In this document: piece after piece, positions 59,569 to 64,000 of the stretch
How the letters are laid out: each line of letters opens with the position of its first letter
Numbering within the stretch: the stretch's first letter is position 1
From: Candidatus Binatia bacterium
Lineage (GTDB): Bacteria; Desulfobacterota; Binatia; HRBIN30
Assembly (NCBI GenBank): GCA_038245295.1
Contig: JBBRSP010000001.1
Coordinates: 96,001-160,000, forward strand
Reading direction: 5' to 3'
Length of the DNA: 64,000 nt
Position numbers and translations under genes: made by a program
The notes under the pieces: model-generated
Database searches by the model: none
The model's input: the letters and a program-made list of their open reading frames with translations, nothing else
What the model was told of the DNA's origin: nothing

Positions 59569-60344
59569 AGGCGTACAGCTCTCTCAAAGCCTTCCTTTTG
59601 GTCTTGCTGGTGTTGGCATCCCAGCAGGCTCTGGCGCAGCCCGAGCCGACGGTGCCGACGACGCGCGGTTATGTGTCGGACTACGTCGGCGTCATCGACG
59701 CGGCGACGACAAAGCGGCTCGACGACATAATCACCGAGCTCAAAGACAAGACCGGTGGCGAGATCGCCGTGGTGGTGGTTCGCAGTACCAAGCCGCTCGA
59801 GCCGTTCGATTACGCCATGAAGATCGCCGAAGCGTGGAAGCCCGGCGATCGTAAGAAAGAAAACGGCGTCGTCTTCCTGATCGCCATCGACGACCGCTCG
59901 ATGTACATCCTGACCGGCTACGGCGTGGAGGGTGTGCTGCCCGACGGCCGCGTCGGCGAGATTCGCGACCGCATCGTTGTGCCGGCCTTCCGGCGTGGCG
60001 AGTACAGTGGTGGAATTCGCGAGGCGACGGAGACGATCGCGGCGCTGATCGCGCAGGATGCCGGCGTGCAACTGACTGGTGTGCGGCCGCCGGCGAAGCC
60101 GCAGCAGGCGTCGCCGTTACAAGCCGTGTTGTTGATTGTCGGCGTGATTTTCGTCCTATGGCTGATGAGCCGTGGCGGCTTTCCCATGATGATGGGTGGA
60201 GGGCCCGGTTTTCCAGGCAGCTTTGGCGGCGGTGGTGGTGGAGGCTTCGGCGGGGGCGGATTTGGCGGTGGCGGTGGCGGTGGCGGCTTTGGTGGCTTCG
60301 GCGGCGGTGATTTCGGCGGCGGCGGGGCCGGTGGCAAGTGGTGA
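59565..60344 (+). CDS. TPM domain protein (YgcG-like) with Gly-rich tail
   Basis: Signal peptide, YVSDYVGVI, NGVVFLIA, GYGVEGVLPD, one TM helix, GGFGGGDFGGGGAGGKW; TTGA overlap. Confidence 0.92.
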   Translation: MKAYSSLKAFLLVLLVLASQQALAQPEPTVPTTRGYVSDYVGVIDAATTKRLDDIITELKDKTGGEIAVVVVRSTKPLEPFDYAMKIAEAWKPGDRKKENGVVFLIAIDDRSMYILTGYGVEGVLPDGRVGEIRDRIVVPAFRRGEYSGGIREATETIAALIAQDAGVQLTGVRPPAKPQQASPLQAVLLIVGVIFVLWLMSRGGFPMMMGGGPGFPGSFGGGGGGGFGGGGFGGGGGGGGFGGFGGGDFGGGGAGGKW

Positions 60345-60372
60345 GCAACGTGATGCAGACAAGGAGACGACA

Positions 60373-60921
60373 ATGAAACGGCGCGTGCTGTTGATTCTCA
60401 TGGCGGCGATGACGGTGTTTTCGGGGTGCGGCTACAACAACATGGTCACACTCAAGGAGAAGATCGACGAAGCGTGGTCGCAGGTGGAGAACCAACTGCA
60501 ACGGCGCAACGATCTGATTCCCAATCTGATCGAGACGACCAAGGGCTACGCCAAACACGAGAACGAGATCTTCACCAATATCGCCAACGCGCGAGCCCGC
60601 ATGCTCAGCGCCGGATCACGCGACGAGAAGATCGATGCCGCCAATGACCTCGGCGGCGCGTTGTCGCGCTTGCTGGTGTTGGGGGAACGTTATCCCGACC
60701 TGAAGGCGGACGCACAGTTTGCACGCTTGTCGGACGAGCTTGCCGGAACCGAAAATCGCCTGGCAACCGAGCGTAAGCGCTTCAACGAAGCGGTGCGCGA
60801 CTACAATACCTTCATCAAGAAGCTGCCGCAGAATTTCACGGCGCGTATCGCCGGATTCACCGAGCAGAAATACTTCGAGGCACCCAAGGAAGCCCAGCAG
60901 GTGCCAAAGGTGCAGTTCTAG
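60373..60921 (+). CDS. lemA: LemA family lipoprotein
   Basis: FSGCGYN, WSQVENQLQRRNDLIPNL, YPDLKA, ELAGTENR; AAGGAG RBS. Confidence 0.95.
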   Translation: MKRRVLLILMAAMTVFSGCGYNNMVTLKEKIDEAWSQVENQLQRRNDLIPNLIETTKGYAKHENEIFTNIANARARMLSAGSRDEKIDAANDLGGALSRLLVLGERYPDLKADAQFARLSDELAGTENRLATERKRFNEAVRDYNTFIKKLPQNFTARIAGFTEQKYFEAPKEAQQVPKVQF

Positions 60922-60927
60922 TCCGAC

Positions 60928-60976
60928 CCTTGCCCTTGCCCGCTCCCTGGTTGAACCCAGGCAAGGGCAAGGTTTT
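60928..60976 (+). terminator. Rho-independent terminator after lemA
   Basis: CCTTGCCCTTGCC / GGCAAGGGCAAGG perfect 13-bp stem followed by TTTT. Confidence 0.65.
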
Positions 60977-61016
60977 AGGGTTCCAAAGGGGGGCAGCGAT
61001 GATAGAGGACAGAGCC

Positions 61017-62045
61017 ATGAGGCGCTTACTCACGGCTGCGATCTTTGGACTGTCACTTTTGCCCGCCTGCGGTGGAGGCGGCGGTGGTTCCACCACTGTC
61101 GCCGGACCGCCGCCGCCCAATCCTCTCTATGTGCGAACCAACGGTAACGATCTGAACAGTGGCGAGAGCCCTGATCGGGCTTTGCGCACCATCAGCAAGG
61201 CGGCGCAGATCGCTCGTAGCACCTATACGATCCGGGTGGGGTCTGGGGTTTACCGTGAATCCGTCACAACCTCGTCCAACGGTAAGACCCCGCAGGGGCT
61301 GACGTTCATGGTCGAGCCGGGGCAGCTGGCCGTCGTGGATGCGACCGGCATCGCCCGCGGTGCCGGATTCAGCTTCGCCAACTCGCCCGGAACCATGGTG
61401 GACGGCTTCCGGATCGTTGGCGCTGCCGACGCCGGGATCCTGATCCGCAGCGGCAGTGAGAATTTCCAGGTGCGCAACTGCGAGATCCTCAGCAACAACG
61501 GCGACGGCATTCGCGTGCAGGATACCGCCAACGTCCTCGTCTTCAACAACCTGGTGGTCAATAACGGCGGCATCGGCATCCGCATCGGCGGCACCATCGC
61601 CGGCTCCTCCGGCGCCCACCTCATCAACAACACCGTGTACGGCAATCGCAGCCGCGGCATCGAGATCGGTACGACCCAGGCGCCTTCGCCGGCGGCATTT
61701 GTCACCAACAACATCGTGCAGGACAACTCGCGGACCCTCGAAGCCATCAAGGTCGAGACCAATCCGCGCAGCGATCGCGACTACCAGGGTAACTTCAATC
61801 TCGTGTACCCCGCCTCGTATGTTCCCTTGGCAATCCAGGGCCGCAACGACGTCAACCGTGACGCACAGTTCCTCAGCGCCGGCGGCGGCAATTTCCGTCT
61901 GGCGACGACCAGTTTCGCCATCAACTCCGGCTACGCCCTGGCCGATTCGCTGTCGTCACTGCGCGACTTCCTGCACACCCGCACGACGACGGGTCTGGAT
62001 GCCGATAACGGGCCTCTGGATATCGGGTATCACTACCCGCTTTAG
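61017..62045 (+). CDS. Lipoprotein with right-handed parallel beta-helix repeats
   Basis: LPACGGG lipobox, YVRTNGND...RTISKAA, repeated NN.V..N...GI units, C-terminal DIGYHY. Confidence 0.85.
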   Translation: MRRLLTAAIFGLSLLPACGGGGGGSTTVAGPPPPNPLYVRTNGNDLNSGESPDRALRTISKAAQIARSTYTIRVGSGVYRESVTTSSNGKTPQGLTFMVEPGQLAVVDATGIARGAGFSFANSPGTMVDGFRIVGAADAGILIRSGSENFQVRNCEILSNNGDGIRVQDTANVLVFNNLVVNNGGIGIRIGGTIAGSSGAHLINNTVYGNRSRGIEIGTTQAPSPAAFVTNNIVQDNSRTLEAIKVETNPRSDRDYQGNFNLVYPASYVPLAIQGRNDVNRDAQFLSAGGGNFRLATTSFAINSGYALADSLSSLRDFLHTRTTTGLDADNGPLDIGYHYPL

Positions 62046-62210
62046 AGTCCGCGTGTCCGCGGCGATGAATGCCGCATCCGAGCGGGAGGAATCGTCTTGA
62101 ATTGACCCGTCACCGGGAAAAGACGACGGCGCCTTCAAATTCCATTGACGAAGGGTTCCACTTGCGGATACCTTTCCACCATCTTGCGCCTAATAAGGGA
62201 GGGTAACTTA

Positions 62211-62822
62211 GTGCAAACGAAAGCAATCCGTCGGTCGATTCTAGTGGCCGCTGTTGGAATCTTGATGCCTCTTGGCAACCTGGCGCGTGCTGGTGACGTC
62301 TACCAGTGCAGCGTCCTCGAAGAGAGCAGCAACGCGTCGGACTTCCATCTTTTGAAGGCCGGCAAGCTGAAGATCTCCACGGCCCCGGCAAGCAAGCCCG
62401 GAACTGGCCTGGCGATGCAGCTCATCCTGGCAAACGTCGATTGTGTCGCCGAGGGCAACGATCTCGGCAAGCCAAATAAGTGCGGTGTGGCAGCTCACGG
62501 CCCGTCACCAGCAGCCCCCGTGTCGGCCGTCGTCGGCTTGAGTGTGCACATCGGTGGTGTCGATCTGGCCAATGTGTTCGGCATTCCGATTCAGTTCTCG
62601 AAGGGTACCGCGACCTTCGTGGGTACCGGCAAAAACAAGATTGACGGTTCGGCGTTCGGCGCTTTGATCATGAGTGTGTTGGGTCAGAAGATGGGCTTCA
62701 ATACGACGTCCATCCGTCTCCCTGGATCTGTTCCCGCTGATTGTGGCAACGTGCCGATTGCCGGCCCTGGTTGTCTGGACGGTACGGCGTTCGCCTTCAC
62801 CGGTTTGACACTCGGTCTGTAA
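62211..62822 (+). CDS. Secreted Cys-containing hypothetical protein
   Basis: GGAGG RBS before GTG, signal peptide ending ARA, five Cys, followed by a terminator. Confidence 0.7.
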   Translation: MQTKAIRRSILVAAVGILMPLGNLARAGDVYQCSVLEESSNASDFHLLKAGKLKISTAPASKPGTGLAMQLILANVDCVAEGNDLGKPNKCGVAAHGPSPAAPVSAVVGLSVHIGGVDLANVFGIPIQFSKGTATFVGTGKNKIDGSAFGALIMSVLGQKMGFNTTSIRLPGSVPADCGNVPIAGPGCLDGTAFAFTGLTLGL

Positions 62823-62843
62823 GTCAGTTTGCGGCCGATGCGG

Positions 62844-62883
62844 CAAAGGGGCGCGACGTCAACGCCGCGCCCCTTTGTTGTTT
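62844..62883 (+). terminator. Rho-independent (possibly bidirectional) terminator
   Basis: CAAAGGGGCGCG / CGCGCCCCTTTG 12-bp stem followed by a T-rich tract. Confidence 0.8.
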
Positions 62884-62892
62884 CAGCTCCGG

Positions 62893-64000
62893 TCAGTGCG
62901 TCAGCGGCTGATCGAACTTCTTGCCCTTGAACTGACCGACGGCCTCCGCAGCGGCCTTGTCGCCGTCTTGCGCAAATCGTTGCAAAGAGTTGTAGGCCAT
63001 CGCCGCGATAGCCTCTTCGCCGTCCGCCAACGCTCCAAGGAGTACCGGGACCGCACGTGGGTCACCGAGCTCGCCCAATTGGCGCATCGCCATCAATCGA
63101 ACGAGGGTAGGTTGCCCGTTGACAGCAGGGATGAGGACCGGCACAGCGCGTCGATCCCCGAGGTCGGCCAGAACGAACGCCGCGTTCAGACTGCGCGCCG
63201 GATCGCCAAGAGCTTCTTGCGCGGACGAGCTCATTTGCTCCGACAAGCCGGTGCGTGGCGCCTGAGCCTTGCGGAAACTGCCGAGCAAGCGGCGAGCCAG
63301 GACGCTGGTCTGAAAGTCTCCCTCAACCGCCTGTTTGATCAGGACGGCCTGGCCGCTGGGTGTGTCGAGCGCGCTCTCGCAGGCGACAAGTGTGTGCGCC
63401 CGTACTTCCGGGTTCGGGTCCCGCACCAGATCTATCGCGCGAGTCTTCGCCTGCGATGCACCCATCGCACAGAGGGCATGCATGGCCCATAATCGGGTCG
63501 TCGGTTCGCCGGATTCTGTCGCCGCTATTAGCGTCGGAATCGCCGCCGGATCGCCGATCGCGCCAAGGGCGGCAAGGTAATCGTTGCGTACAGTAGTCTC
63601 ATTTTCCTTAGCGTACTGACGCAGCAGTGCCGGCACGGCGCGGCGATCGCGCAACACCGTCAGCGACTCCGCCACACGAAAACGGACGCGGATGCTGTCA
63701 TCATCGAGTGCGCTTACCAGGGCTCGAACGGCACTGTCACCCGGCTGCGACCGCAACGCATCGGCAGCCGCAACGCGGATCTCTTCGCTCGGATCCTGTA
63801 GTGCCTTTACCAGGGCGGGCATCGCGCCCGGACCAAGGGCGGCAAGCGCCGCGCGTTTTGGGGCTAACTCTTCTTCGTCGTCGACCGACTCAGCGGCCGA
63901 TTGCAAGAGACGCCGGACCGCGGTGCCGATCACATCCGTCTCGCCAGGTGGGGCAGGCGGCGTGCGCTGTTCACTCTTTGGTTTGGCCGAAGACTGACAC
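62893..64000 (-). CDS. HEAT-repeat protein (N-terminus outside the window)
   Basis: Repeated AVPAL..AL.D....VR..AA..LG units; frame stays open to the window end (CQSSAKPK...). Confidence 0.88.
   Translation of the reverse strand, partial: CQSSAKPKSEQRTPPAPPGETDVIGTAVRRLLQSAAESVDDEEELAPKRAALAALGPGAMPALVKALQDPSEEIRVAAADALRSQPGDSAVRALVSALDDDSIRVRFRVAESLTVLRDRRAVPALLRQYAKENETTVRNDYLAALGAIGDPAAIPTLIAATESGEPTTRLWAMHALCAMGASQAKTRAIDLVRDPNPEVRAHTLVACESALDTPSGQAVLIKQAVEGDFQTSVLARRLLGSFRKAQAPRTGLSEQMSSSAQEALGDPARSLNAAFVLADLGDRRAVPVLIPAVNGQPTLVRLMAMRQLGELGDPRAVPVLLGALADGEEAIAAMAYNSLQRFAQDGDKAAAEAVGQFKGKKFDQPLTH

Noticed and set aside
60224..60335. GGC/GGT-rich low-complexity tract as a repeat array
   Set aside because: It encodes the normal Gly-rich tail of the TPM protein.

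Overview
GC-rich bacterial chromosomal window with about 55 densely packed CDSs and no rRNA, tRNA, CRISPR array, transposase or integrase that I could see. Gene content suggests a deltaproteobacteria-like lineage such as Binatia or Myxococcota; this is inference only. Left to right: partial glpK; a glycosylation region (three GT-C-type membrane transferases including a TIGR03663/Agl23-NHL fusion, three GT2 enzymes, a methyltransferase, a LamG protein) interleaved with a tandem ArsA/Get3-like ATPase pair, a phasin/PhaE-like protein and an orphan rsmH; a zinc-ribbon/DUF3426 protein, tatA, an LLM oxidoreductase and a TonB-like protein; folD-gcvT-gcvH-gcvPA-gcvPB; a CoA-transferase, trmJ, rmuC, an M48 protease and a thiolase. 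An accessory-looking block at 35.4-46.7 kb holds fabI, a secreted beta-carbonic anhydrase and sbtAB with a divergent HTH regulator, nhaR opposite an hpf-like/zf-TFIIB/TerB-like unit, korAB behind a sigma54 motif, and a glutaminase-STAS-cNMP fusion. The right part carries patatin, acyltransferase, murU/amgK, a degenerate cobS, a quinohemoprotein alcohol dehydrogenase, a HelD-like helicase, an NTase-TPM-LemA triad and secreted proteins. Non-coding features read from the sequence include a 113-bp MITE with an 8-bp target duplication, a GTAG-type REP family at three loci, several long hairpins and a recurring leaderless-start signature. Protein calls come from motif recognition, not database searches; several starts were moved from the ORF track.
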